Shown here: in pieces, positions 44,689-53,462 of the stretch
Position numbering within the stretch: the stretch's first letter is position 1
Layout: every line of letters starts with the position of its first letter
Source: an uncultured beta proteobacterium
Lineage (GTDB): Bacteria; Pseudomonadota; Gammaproteobacteria; Burkholderiales; Rhodocyclaceae
DNA: 64,000 nt
Assembly: GCA_963704195.1 (NCBI GenBank)
Contig: CAVPHH010000009.1
Location: forward strand, 296,821 to 360,820
Reading direction: 5' to 3'
Notes under the pieces: model-generated
The model's database searches: none
What the model saw: the letters and a program-made list of their open reading frames with translations, nothing else
Told to the model about the DNA's origin: nothing
Translations under genes and position numbers: made by a program

Positions 44689-45556
44689 ATGGATTTCGCC
44701 TTCCTCCTTATCCAGCTTTTGAATGGCCTGCAATACGGCCTGCTGCTGTTTCTCGTCGCCAGCGGACTGACGCTGATCTTCGGCATCATGGGCATCATCA
44801 ATCTTGCCCATGGCAGCTTCTACATGGTCGGCGCCTACCTCGCCTGGTCGCTGGCCAGCCTGACGGGCAACCTGCTGACGGCGATCCTCGTCGGCATTCC
44901 GCTTACCGTCGTACTCGGCATGGCACTGGAATGGCTGGTGATCCGCCGCTTCTATGAACGCGACCACCTCTACCAGGTGCTGCTCACCTACGGCCTGATC
45001 CTGGTCTTCGAGGAGTTGCGCAGCGTGATCTGGGGCGACGACGTGCATGGCGTGCCGGTGCCCGAGTTGCTCAGCTACTCGATCCCGCTCACCGACACGC
45101 TGTCCTATCCGGTCTACCGCCTGTTCATCTCGGGCGTGTGCCTGCTGCTGGCGGGCGGGCTGTATCTGCCTCATCCAGAAAACGCGCCTCGGCATGATGA
45201 TCCGCGCCGGCAGTTCCAACCGCGACATGGTGCAGTCGCTCGGCATCAACATCAAGCTGATCTACACGCTGATCTTCGCCATGGGCGTGGCGCTGGCCGG
45301 GTTCGCCGGCATGATCAATGCGCCGCTCTCCTCGGTGTTCCCCAACATGGGCGGGCAGGTGCTGATCGTCTGCTTCGTGGTGGTGGTGATCGGCGGCATC
45401 GGCTCGGTGAAGGGCGCCATGGCCGCCTCGCTCCTGATCGGCCTGGCCGACACCTTCGGCCAGGTGTTCCTGCCGCAAGTGGCCGGCATGATCGTGTATG
45501 TGCTGATGGCCGTCGTGCTGGTGTGGCGCCCGGCCGGGCTGTTCGGGAAGGCCTGA
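44689..45556 (+). CDS. ABC permease (LivH-like); apparent +1 error near 45170
   Basis: GLTLIFGIMGIINLAHG; KTRLGMMIRA and VVVVIGGIGS lie in the next frame. Confidence 0.82.
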
Positions 45557-45639
45557 GATGAACGGCCCCACGCTCACTTCGTTCGCTGCCCCCGAGGGGC
45601 GCTCAGCGCCCTTCGGGCGGCCGGGCGGGCGCTGAGATG
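45553..45639 (+). repeat. Family E junction element with 8-bp flanking duplication CTGAGATG and a 25-aa mini-ORF (45558-45635)
   Basis: Direct repeats at 45553-45560 and 45632-45639; internal hairpin CTCAGCGCCC/GGGCGCTGAG. Confidence 0.8.
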
Positions 45640-46659
45640 CTGTCGCCGCGCACGTCCCGCATCGTCTTTCTCGTCGCCGCGCTGCTGCTGGTGCTGTTTC
45701 CTTTCGTCGGCGGCACCTTCTACATCCAGCTCATCGCCAAGGTGATGATCCTGGCCATCTTCGCCATGAGCCTGGACCTGCTGATCGGCTACACCGGGCT
45801 GGTGAGCTTCGGCCATGCCGCCTATTTCGGCCTGGCCGGCTATGCGCTCGCCCTGATGGGGCCGCAATACGAGGCGGCCAGCCTGTGGTGGTCGCTGCCG
45901 GCGGCGATGGCGGTATGCGCCCTCTTCGCGCTCGTCACCGGACTGCTGGTGCTGCGTACGCGCGGCATTTTCTTCATCATGGTGACCCTGGCCTTCGCGC
46001 AGATGCTGTACTTCGTTTTTCACGATACCGGCTTCGGCGGCGGCTCGGACGGCATCTACATCTACAACAAGCCGGAACTCAAGATCGGCGACTTCGCCCT
46101 CGCCAACCTGGACAGCGTCGAACATTTCTACTATGTCGTGCTGATCCTGATGGCCGGGGTGTACCTGCTGCTGCGCCGGGTGCTCGGTTCGACCTTCGGC
46201 CGCGCGCTGGTCGGCATCAAGGTGAACGAGCACCGCATGCAGGCCCTCGGTTTCCCCGTGTTTCGCTACAAGCTGGCGAGCTATGTGCTGGCCGGCGCGC
46301 TGGGCGGCCTGTCCGGCTATCTCGCAGCGGTGCAGTTCGGCTTCGTGAACCCCGAGATCCTTTCCTGGCACAAGTCGGGGCAGGTGATGATGATGGTCAT
46401 CCTCGGCGGCATGGGTACGCTCTTCGGACCGGTGATCGGCGCCTTCGCCTTCGTGCTGCTGCAGGAGGCGTTCTCCAATCAGGCCTTCTTCGGCGAATGG
46501 GCCAAGTACTGGCAACTGGCCATGGGCATCTTCATCATCCTCGTGGCGATGTACCTGCCGCAAGGCCTGGCCGGGCTGCTGCAGCGCCTCGGCCGAAAAC
46601 CGGAAATCGTCGAGGCGGACGAAGAACCGATCGAGGATGGCCCGGAGAGCAAGTCATGA
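45637..46659 (+). CDS. ABC permease (LivM-like)
   Basis: GYTGLVSFGHAA, MVTLAFAQ and MVILGGMG. Confidence 0.88.
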   Translation: MLSPRTSRIVFLVAALLLVLFPFVGGTFYIQLIAKVMILAIFAMSLDLLIGYTGLVSFGHAAYFGLAGYALALMGPQYEAASLWWSLPAAMAVCALFALVTGLLVLRTRGIFFIMVTLAFAQMLYFVFHDTGFGGGSDGIYIYNKPELKIGDFALANLDSVEHFYYVVLILMAGVYLLLRRVLGSTFGRALVGIKVNEHRMQALGFPVFRYKLASYVLAGALGGLSGYLAAVQFGFVNPEILSWHKSGQVMMMVILGGMGTLFGPVIGAFAFVLLQEAFSNQAFFGEWAKYWQLAMGIFIILVAMYLPQGLAGLLQRLGRKPEIVEADEEPIEDGPESKS

Positions 46660-46742
46660 GCCCCCACGCTCGCATGCGCGCGCTGTCCCCCGAGGGGATG
46701 CATGCCTCCTTTGGGGCGGCCTGGCAGGGGCATGAGTCATGA
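46652..46742 (+). repeat. Family E junction element with 8-bp flanking duplication AGTCATGA and a 28-aa mini-ORF (46656-46742)
   Basis: Direct repeats at 46652-46659 and 46735-46742; shares CCCCACGCTC..CCCCCGAGGGG..GGGCGGCC with the 45553 copy. Confidence 0.8.
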
Positions 46743-47500
46743 CCGGCCCCATCCTGCGCACGACTGAACTGACCAAGCGCTTCGGCGGGCTGGTGGCTGT
46801 CGACAAGGTTTCGGTGGAACTGCATGTCGGCGAGGTGCATGCCGTGATCGGGCCGAACGGCGCGGGGAAATCCACCCTGACCAACCTGCTCTCGGGCGAC
46901 CTGCCGCCGACTTCCGGCACGGTGCAGTTCGAGGGCCGCGACATTGCCGGGCTGAGGTCCGACACCATTTCGCGCCTGGGCGTCGGCCGCAGCTACCAGA
47001 AGACCAACATCTTCCTGCCCTTCACGGTGTTCGAGAACTGCCGCCTGGCGGCGCAGTCGCGCACGCCGCGCGCCTGGCGCGTGTGGAAGGGCGCGGGCGT
47101 GTTCGGCGACATCAACCGACAAGCCAGCGAGGCCATGGAGGCCGCCGGCCTCGCGCACCGGCGCGACCGCGTCGCCGCCACACTCTCGCACGGCGAGCAG
47201 CGCCAGCTCGAGATCGCCATGTGTCTGGCGACGAAACCGCGCCTGCTGCTCCTCGACGAGCCGCTGGCGGGCATGGGGCCGCATGAATCGCATCGCATGG
47301 TGGAACTCATCAAGAAGCTGGCGGCCAACCACGCCATCATGCTTATCGAACACGACATGGACGCCGTCTTCGCCGTGGCGCACAAGCTGACTGTGATGGT
47401 AAACGGCGAGGTGATCGAATCCGGCACGCCGGAGGCGGTTCGTTCGAGCCCGGCCGTGCAGCTCGCCTACCTCGGCGGGGAGGACAACCTCCATGGCTGA
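46739..47500 (+). CDS. ABC ATP-binding protein (LivG-like)
   Basis: GPNGAGKS, LSHGEQR, LLDEP and IEHDM. Confidence 0.9.
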   Translation: MTGPILRTTELTKRFGGLVAVDKVSVELHVGEVHAVIGPNGAGKSTLTNLLSGDLPPTSGTVQFEGRDIAGLRSDTISRLGVGRSYQKTNIFLPFTVFENCRLAAQSRTPRAWRVWKGAGVFGDINRQASEAMEAAGLAHRRDRVAATLSHGEQRQLEIAMCLATKPRLLLLDEPLAGMGPHESHRMVELIKKLAANHAIMLIEHDMDAVFAVAHKLTVMVNGEVIESGTPEAVRSSPAVQLAYLGGEDNLHG

Positions 47501-48206
47501 ACTGCTTATCGACGCCCACGGCCTGCACAGCTACTACGGCGTCAGCCACATCCTGCACGGCGTGAATTTCTCCGTGTCGCGCGGCGAGACCATCGGCCTG
47601 ATGGGCCGCAACGGCATGGGCAAGACGACGCTGATCAAGTCCATGCTCGGCCTGGTGCGGCCGAAGGAGGGCGCTGTCCGCGTGCGCGGCCAGGACATGA
47701 CGCAGGCCGCGACGCACGCCATCGCCCGCGCCGGCATCGCCTACGTGCCGGAAGGGCGCGGCATCTTCCCGAACCTGACGGTGCGCGAGAACCTCGTCAT
47801 GGCGGCGCGCGCCGGCGTGGACGGCCGCCGCGAGTGGGTCTTCGACCGCGTCATGGAGACCTTCCCGCGCCTGTCGGAGCGCATCAACAACGGCGGCGCG
47901 CAACTCTCCGGCGGCGAGCAGCAGATGCTCACCATCGGCCGCGCGCTGATGACCAATCCCGATCTCCTCATCCTGGACGAAGCCACCGAAGGCCTCGCGC
48001 CGCTCATCGCCCGGGAGATCTGGAACATCATCCGCACCATCCGCGCCTCCGGCATCGCCACGGTGATCGTCGACAAGAACTACGGCGCGGTGATGGCGCT
48101 GGCCGACCGCAGCGTGGTGCTGGTCAAGGGCCGCGTCGTCTTCGCCGGATCGTCGAACGAACTGTCCGACAACGAGGAACTGATGCACCGCTTCCTCGGG
48201 GTTTGA
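47493..48206 (+). CDS. ABC ATP-binding protein (LivF-like)
   Basis: GRNGMGKT, LSGGEQQML and LDEATEGLAP. Confidence 0.9.
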   Translation: MAELLIDAHGLHSYYGVSHILHGVNFSVSRGETIGLMGRNGMGKTTLIKSMLGLVRPKEGAVRVRGQDMTQAATHAIARAGIAYVPEGRGIFPNLTVRENLVMAARAGVDGRREWVFDRVMETFPRLSERINNGGAQLSGGEQQMLTIGRALMTNPDLLILDEATEGLAPLIAREIWNIIRTIRASGIATVIVDKNYGAVMALADRSVVLVKGRVVFAGSSNELSDNEELMHRFLGV

Positions 48207-48213
48207 CAAATTT

Positions 48214-48286
48214 CCCCCTCTCCCTCCCGGGGAGAGGGCCACACGACATCCCCCTCTCCCTTCCAGGGAGAGGGCCGGGGTGAGGG
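48214..48286. repeat. Tandem CCCCTCTCCC/GGGAGAGGG palindromes, family D
   Basis: CCCCCTCTCCCTCCCGGGGAGAGGGCC ... CCCCCTCTCCCTTCCAGGGAGAGGGCCGGGGTGAGGG. Confidence 0.8.
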
Positions 48287-48302
48287 TCAAGGAACGATAA
48301 AC

Positions 48303-49073
48303 ATGCAAACCGGTTTCATCCAGGCCGCCGGCCACAAGCTCGAATACCAGCTCATCCCCGCCCACCAGCTCAATCGCCCGACGCTGGTGTTCCTGCACGA
48401 AGGCCTCGGCTCCGTGGCGATGTGGCGCGACTTCCCGGCGAAGGTCGCCGCCGCCACCGGCTGCCGCACGCTCGTGTACTCGCGCTACGGCTACGGCGAA
48501 TCCGATCTCCTGACGGAACCCTTCACCGTGCGCTACATGCACGACGAAGCGCTGATCGCGCTGCCCGAACTGCTCGACAAGCTGGAGATCGACAAGCCGG
48601 TGCTGGTCGGCCACTCCGACGGCGGCTCCATCGCGCTCATCCACGCCGGCGGTGCGGGCAGGGCAGTCGCCGGCCTCATCCTCATGGCGCCGCACGTCTT
48701 CGTCGAGGACCTTTCCATCGCCAGCATCGCCCAGGCCAAGGTGACCTTCGAGACCACCGACCTCGCGCAGAAGCTCGGCAAGTACCACCACGATTCCGCG
48801 AAGACCTTCCGGGGCTGGAACGACATCTGGCTGCACCCGGATTTCCGCGCCTGGAACATCGAGGAATATTTGCCGAAGGTGGCCTGCCCGGTGCTCGCCA
48901 TTCAGGGCGAAGACGACGAGTACGGCACGCCGGCGCAGGTCGAGGCCATCCGCAAACAGGCGAAAGGCGAGGTCGAAGTGCTGATGCTCGCCGACTGCCG
49001 CCATTCCCCGCACAAGGACCAGCCCCAGGCCACGCTCGAGGCGATGGCGGGGTTCATCGAGCGGATTTCGTAG
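48303..49073 (+). CDS. Alpha/beta hydrolase (box-cluster-associated type)
   Basis: LHEGLGS, GHSDGGS, DEYGT and HSPH. Confidence 0.85.
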   Translation: MQTGFIQAAGHKLEYQLIPAHQLNRPTLVFLHEGLGSVAMWRDFPAKVAAATGCRTLVYSRYGYGESDLLTEPFTVRYMHDEALIALPELLDKLEIDKPVLVGHSDGGSIALIHAGGAGRAVAGLILMAPHVFVEDLSIASIAQAKVTFETTDLAQKLGKYHHDSAKTFRGWNDIWLHPDFRAWNIEEYLPKVACPVLAIQGEDDEYGTPAQVEAIRKQAKGEVEVLMLADCRHSPHKDQPQATLEAMAGFIERIS

Positions 49074-49102
49074 AAGTCAGCCGCCGGGAGACGGCGAGAA
49101 GC

Positions 49103-49426
49103 TCACTTCAGGATGGGCCGGAGGTCCTCCAGCTTGTCGAAGAGGTGCCAGACGTACTTGTCCGTGCCCTTTTCCCGATGCGGATGCAGGTCGGCAAGCT
49201 TCGGATCGTTGCAATAGCCGTCGAACGCCTCCTTCGACGCCCACTCGACGAGGATGAGCACCTGGCGCGGCGCGACATCCCCCACGGCGGCCTCGCGGAA
49301 CTTGCCCAGGGCAACCACGCGCCCGCCGTGCGCGGCTACTTCGCGGGCCGAGCGCTTCGAGTAGGCCAGGTATTCGTCCTTGTTCGAGACGTTGAAGAGG
49401 TTGAGGGCGTAGACGGGGGTGGACAT
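49103..49426 (-). CDS. DUF1330-family protein
   Basis: EYLAYS...HGGRVVA...LVEWAS; typical codon usage. Confidence 0.7.
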   Translation of the reverse strand: MSTPVYALNLFNVSNKDEYLAYSKRSAREVAAHGGRVVALGKFREAAVGDVAPRQVLILVEWASKEAFDGYCNDPKLADLHPHREKGTDKYVWHLFDKLEDLRPILK

Positions 49427-49469
49427 CGGCAGTGCTCCAAGTTGGCGTGGCAATAGTTTGGTTTCTGGG

Positions 49470-50245
49470 GTTCAACGTGCTAGCTCGTAAGCGGCGCTGG
49501 GCAAGGGTTTGGGGGCATTTTCATCTGCGTACCCAGGAGCTGGTGTTAGTCGGAACGCTTCATGCGTCAATGAATCACCGACTCGGAACGATCCCAAAGC
49601 ATCAATGCAGCTTCTGATACATCGACAGATGGCAGTCCAGGCTTTACCAAGCATACGCTTCCATCAAGTACCTGTTTCTGGCATTGCGGACAGAATATCG
49701 TTTGTGCTCGTCATTCACTACGAAACCGCCAAAGGTGTCTGAACGTCTCTGCGTGGCACTTGAAGCAAATTGCATTTTCGATGTCTGTCGCGCGAGATCG
49801 CCGATTTCTATTTGATGCTGTCGTCATGAGATGATTGAAACGAGTTTGTCGCCTTCAAATTCAGTACGAAAGCAAGGCCGAGATATCATCCCATAATCAC
49901 TCGCCAATGACCTCCATTACTGTTTTTCCGGCGCCATTAGTTCCATCGACCGCAATACGGCTATAACCTTTGTCACGAATATGCGCGACTAATTTATTGA
50001 CATCATCCGTTTCCATCAGCTGTTGACTGCTAACAGTAATTAGACGGACCCGCGGGTCCGTATATGAATTGATATCAAGTCAAAAGTATGCGCCTGTAAT
50101 GCTTGATGCACAAGACATACCTCTTGGCGGGGTCCGTATAACAACGCCAATATCCCGGACAGGACGGGGTGGGGGGTTTATGTCGGATGAGGCGGAAGGA
50201 AAGTCAGCCTCTGCGATACGGCGAATGATCACGCCTGCGCCATAA
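49470..50245 (-). mobile_element. AT-rich relic, possibly a decayed integron platform (attI-like site, truncated cassette ORF, degenerate attC)
   Basis: Sharp drop in GC. Minus-strand GTCCGTCTAATTACT|GTTAGCA precedes an ATG by 11 nt; attC-like palindrome at 49470-49551; no integrase gene. Confidence 0.45.
49897..50016 (-). pseudogene. Truncated P-loop kinase fragment (39 aa)
   Basis: METDDVNKLVAHIRDKGYSRIAVDGTNGAGKTVMEVIGE*: a Walker A motif followed by a premature stop. Confidence 0.55.
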
Positions 50246-50280
50246 TGAAGCCTGGTCGAACCTTGCAGTCGGTGAAAGAC

Positions 50281-51093
50281 ATGTCGGACTTCAGGAATCG
50301 AAACGTGCTCATCACCGGCGCCGCCAGCGGCATCGGGCGGCTGATGGCGCTGGCGATCGCGGCGAAGGGCGGACGGCTGATCCTGTGGGACGTGGATGAG
50401 TCGCACCTTGCGGCCGTGGCGGCGGAGATCGCCGCCGCCGGCGGGCAGGCTTCCGTCTATGCCTGCAACCTCGCCGAGCGCGAGGCCATCGAGGCCGCCG
50501 CCGCGCGCACCCTGCAGGAGCAGGGCGCGGTCGACATCCTCATCAACAACGCCGGCATCGTGGACGGCAAGCGGCTGCTGGAGGCGAGCGACGAGGAGAT
50601 CGTGCGCACTTTCGCGGTGAACACCCTGGCGCCGTTCCGCACCGCGCGCGCCTTCCTGCCCGGCATGCTGGCGCAGGGGCGGGGGCACATCGTCACCATC
50701 GCCTCGGCCTCGGGCATCGCGGCGGTGCCGCATCTCACCGACTACTCTGCGAGCAAGGCCGCCGCCATCGCCTTCGACGAGGCGCTGCGCCTGGAGCTGA
50801 AGCACGACGGCGCGCCGGTGAGGACCACCGTGGTCTGTCCCTTCTACATCGCCACCGGCATGTTCGCCGGCGTGCGCACGCGCTTCCCTTTTCTGTTGCC
50901 GATCATGAAGCCGGAAGCCGTCGCCGGGCGCATCGTGCGCGCCATCGAGCGCAATGAATCGCGGGTGATCCTGCCCTGGTTCGTGCGCTGCGCCTTCCCG
51001 CTGCGATTGCTGCCGACCGCCTGGTTCGACGCGCTGATGAGCTTCTTCGGCATCACGAAAAGCATGGACGACTTCACCGGGCGGAAGCGCTAG
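50281..51093 (+). CDS. Short-chain dehydrogenase/reductase
   Basis: TGAASGIG, NNAG and YSASK. Confidence 0.9.
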   Translation: MSDFRNRNVLITGAASGIGRLMALAIAAKGGRLILWDVDESHLAAVAAEIAAAGGQASVYACNLAEREAIEAAAARTLQEQGAVDILINNAGIVDGKRLLEASDEEIVRTFAVNTLAPFRTARAFLPGMLAQGRGHIVTIASASGIAAVPHLTDYSASKAAAIAFDEALRLELKHDGAPVRTTVVCPFYIATGMFAGVRTRFPFLLPIMKPEAVAGRIVRAIERNESRVILPWFVRCAFPLRLLPTAWFDALMSFFGITKSMDDFTGRKR

Positions 51094-51142
51094 ACTCGTC
51101 AGCACAACCGCAGCTGATTGGTGGCAATGCCTGGCGGTATGT

Positions 51143-51205
51143 GTAGGAGCGGCGTCCTCGCCGCGATTTGGGCGGCCGCAATCGCGGCGAGGACGCCGCT
51201 CCCAC
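51143..51205. repeat. REP doublet, family B
   Basis: GTAGGAGCGGCGTCCTCGCCGCGAT ... ATCGCGGCGAGGACGCCGCTCCCAC. Confidence 0.85.
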
Positions 51206-51278
51206 AGGGGTATTCAGGGGCTGCGCATGCCTTGGATGAACTTGGCCGCCAATCAGGCAACCACAACAAGGAGAGACC

Positions 51279-51635
51279 ATGACAACCGTCGCCAACATCG
51301 CCGTCGCGCTGGTCGCGCTGCTGCACCTGAATTTCCTCGTGCTGGAGATGTTCTACTGGGACAAGCCGCTCGGCATGCGCATCTTCGGCCTGAAGCCGGA
51401 GTTTGCCAAAGCCACGAAAGGCCTCGCCGCGAACCAGGGGTTGTACAACGGTTTTCTCGTCGCCGGTCTGGCGTGGGGGCTGCTGCTGGGCGCGGCCGGC
51501 GGGCCGGTGAAAGTGTTCTTTCTTGCCTGCGTGATCGTCGCCGGCGTCTTCGGTGCGTTCACCGTCAGCCGGAAGATACTCTGGGTGCAGGCGCTGCCCG
51601 GCGCCGTCGCGCTCGCGCTGGTTCTGGCCGCCTAG
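51279..51635 (+). CDS. DUF1304 family membrane protein
   Basis: LEMFYW, ANQGLYNGFL and VQALP. Confidence 0.85.
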   Translation: MTTVANIAVALVALLHLNFLVLEMFYWDKPLGMRIFGLKPEFAKATKGLAANQGLYNGFLVAGLAWGLLLGAAGGPVKVFFLACVIVAGVFGAFTVSRKILWVQALPGAVALALVLAA

Positions 51636-52255
51636 GGCTTGTCTCCCCACACTTCCTTCAACCGATCGTCGCGCCCGCACAGGCTGCGATAGACATAGTA
51701 TCTGAAGGGGTTTTTCTTGTAGTAGTTCTGGTGCAGTTCCTCGGCTGGCCAGAACGGTCCGGCCGCCACGATCTCGGTATGGATCTGGCTGAGTTTGCCG
51801 CTTTTCAGCAGTGCTTCCCGACTGGCTTCGGCCGTCTGGCGCTGCGACTCGTCCATGAAGAAAATCGCGCTGCGATACGCGGTGCCGGTGTCGCAGAACT
51901 GCTTGTCCTTCACCGTGGGGTCGATGTGGCGCCAAAAGTAGTCGAGAAGGCGTTCATAGCTCAGCGTGGTTGGATCGTAGGTGACCCGCACCGCTTCGGC
52001 ATGGCCGGTGAGCTCGGCGCTGACCAGCTCGTAGGTGGGGTTGGCGACGTTGCCGCCGGTGTAGCCTGACTCCGTGTCGAGTACGCCCGGCAATTTGTCG
52101 AAATCCGCCTCCACGCACCAGAAGCAGCCGCCGGCGAGAATGGCCGTGGCCGTCTGCGTCTGCGCGGCGGGTGCCTGGGCTGCAGCGGGGACGGCCAGCA
52201 TTGCTATCGCCAGCAGGGCGGCCACCCTGCCCAGCGCGCGGAGCGCGGCGATCAA
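51632..52255 (-). CDS. msrA: Peptide-methionine (S)-S-oxide reductase, with signal peptide
   Basis: GGCFWCVE, GHAEAV and AEELHQNYY; TTG start overlapping the msrB stop (inferred). Confidence 0.88.
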   Translation of the reverse strand: MIAALRALGRVAALLAIAMLAVPAAAQAPAAQTQTATAILAGGCFWCVEADFDKLPGVLDTESGYTGGNVANPTYELVSAELTGHAEAVRVTYDPTTLSYERLLDYFWRHIDPTVKDKQFCDTGTAYRSAIFFMDESQRQTAEASREALLKSGKLSQIHTEIVAAGPFWPAEELHQNYYKKNPFRYYVYRSLCGRDDRLKEVWGDKP

Positions 52256-52752
52256 GCGCGCAGCTCCGGCAGCTTGTCGTTGCGCGCGATGAACTGTAGC
52301 GCCAGTCCGTTGTTGCAGTAGCGCAACCCGGTCGGCTTCGGCCCATCCTTGAAGATATGGCCCTGGTGCCCGCCGCAGCGTGCGCAATGGTATTCGGTAC
52401 GCGGAAAGATCAGCTTGTAGTCTGTCCGGGTTGCCACTGCCGCGGGCAGCGGTTCCCAGAAGCTGGGCCAGCCCGTGCCGCTGTCGTATTTGCGCGAACT
52501 GTCGAACAGCGGCAGGAAACAGGCCGCGCAGACGAAGGTGCCGTCGCGCTTCTCGCGGTCGAGCGGGCTGCTGCCGGGCGGCTCGGTGCCTTCCTCGAAC
52601 AGAACTTCATAGCGATCGGCAGGCAGCAGCCGTTTCCATTCTGCTTTCGGCTTGTCCAATGCGGGCGCGGCGGCGCTGCCCCTGCTGAGTATCGGCAGGG
52701 CGGCGGCGGCAAACAGGCCGGAGAGGGCGGTCAGCCAGTGGCGTCGGGTCAT
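52252..52752 (-). CDS. msrB: Peptide-methionine (R)-S-oxide reductase, Tat-like signal
   Basis: SGTGWPSF, GHQGHIF and RYCNNG; N-terminal TRRHWL. Confidence 0.9.
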   Translation of the reverse strand: MTRRHWLTALSGLFAAAALPILSRGSAAAPALDKPKAEWKRLLPADRYEVLFEEGTEPPGSSPLDREKRDGTFVCAACFLPLFDSSRKYDSGTGWPSFWEPLPAAVATRTDYKLIFPRTEYHCARCGGHQGHIFKDGPKPTGLRYCNNGLALQFIARNDKLPELRA

Positions 52753-52891
52753 GGGTTCTCCTTTGTCATCGTTTTCGGCAAGGATGCGGCTTCTGATGAA
52801 TAAGACCGGACTTGACGCCGAATGCTTACATGCGGGCAGGATTCATTTGCCGTGCAGTGAGCCTATCATTCCGCCTGCGGGGTCAGGTTCG

Positions 52892-53407
52892 TCACGCCTT
52901 TTCATGGGCGTCCTCCTTCGGCACGAGTTGATAGAACAGGCTTGACTCGCGCTTGTAGAAGCCTTCGGTGTGGAAGGTCTCCTCCAGCAGGTACAACTCA
53001 TAGTCGAGGTGGTGGCACAACTCGTGCAGCAGGGTGCGCAGGAAGCTGCGGAAGGCCACCACGCGTTTGTTCTTTGCCGTGCGCATCCACAGCTTGATGA
53101 CGGCCTGCTTGCCGTCGTCCTCCGGCAGGTAGAGGCCGTGCAATTCGCCCCAGTCATGGCTCGGGCGCACCGCCAGCACCGCCACGGCGAGCGGCGGCGC
53201 CTTCAGCTGACTGACGATTCCCCCTGCGATGGCATTGCACAGGCGCTCGATTTCAACGCGGTTCTCGGCCTGCAGGGCCGCCACGAACGGCGCCACCAGA
53301 ATACGCAACGCGGCCGCGTCGGTCAGGTCGATGCGCTCGATGGCGTCGCTCCTGTCGTAGATGCGCTTGCGTGGGGCAGAGAGACGGTTGTAGTAGGCGA
53401 AAGGCAT
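52892..53407 (-). CDS. Hypothetical HExxH (zincin-like) protein
   Basis: TLLHELCHHLD...FHTEGF. Confidence 0.7.
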   Translation of the reverse strand: MPFAYYNRLSAPRKRIYDRSDAIERIDLTDAAALRILVAPFVAALQAENRVEIERLCNAIAGGIVSQLKAPPLAVAVLAVRPSHDWGELHGLYLPEDDGKQAVIKLWMRTAKNKRVVAFRSFLRTLLHELCHHLDYELYLLEETFHTEGFYKRESSLFYQLVPKEDAHEKA

Positions 53408-53462
53408 TGGGTTATGTCCGACGAGGAACTATTATCAATCATCTGATCATCGGAGGATTGCC

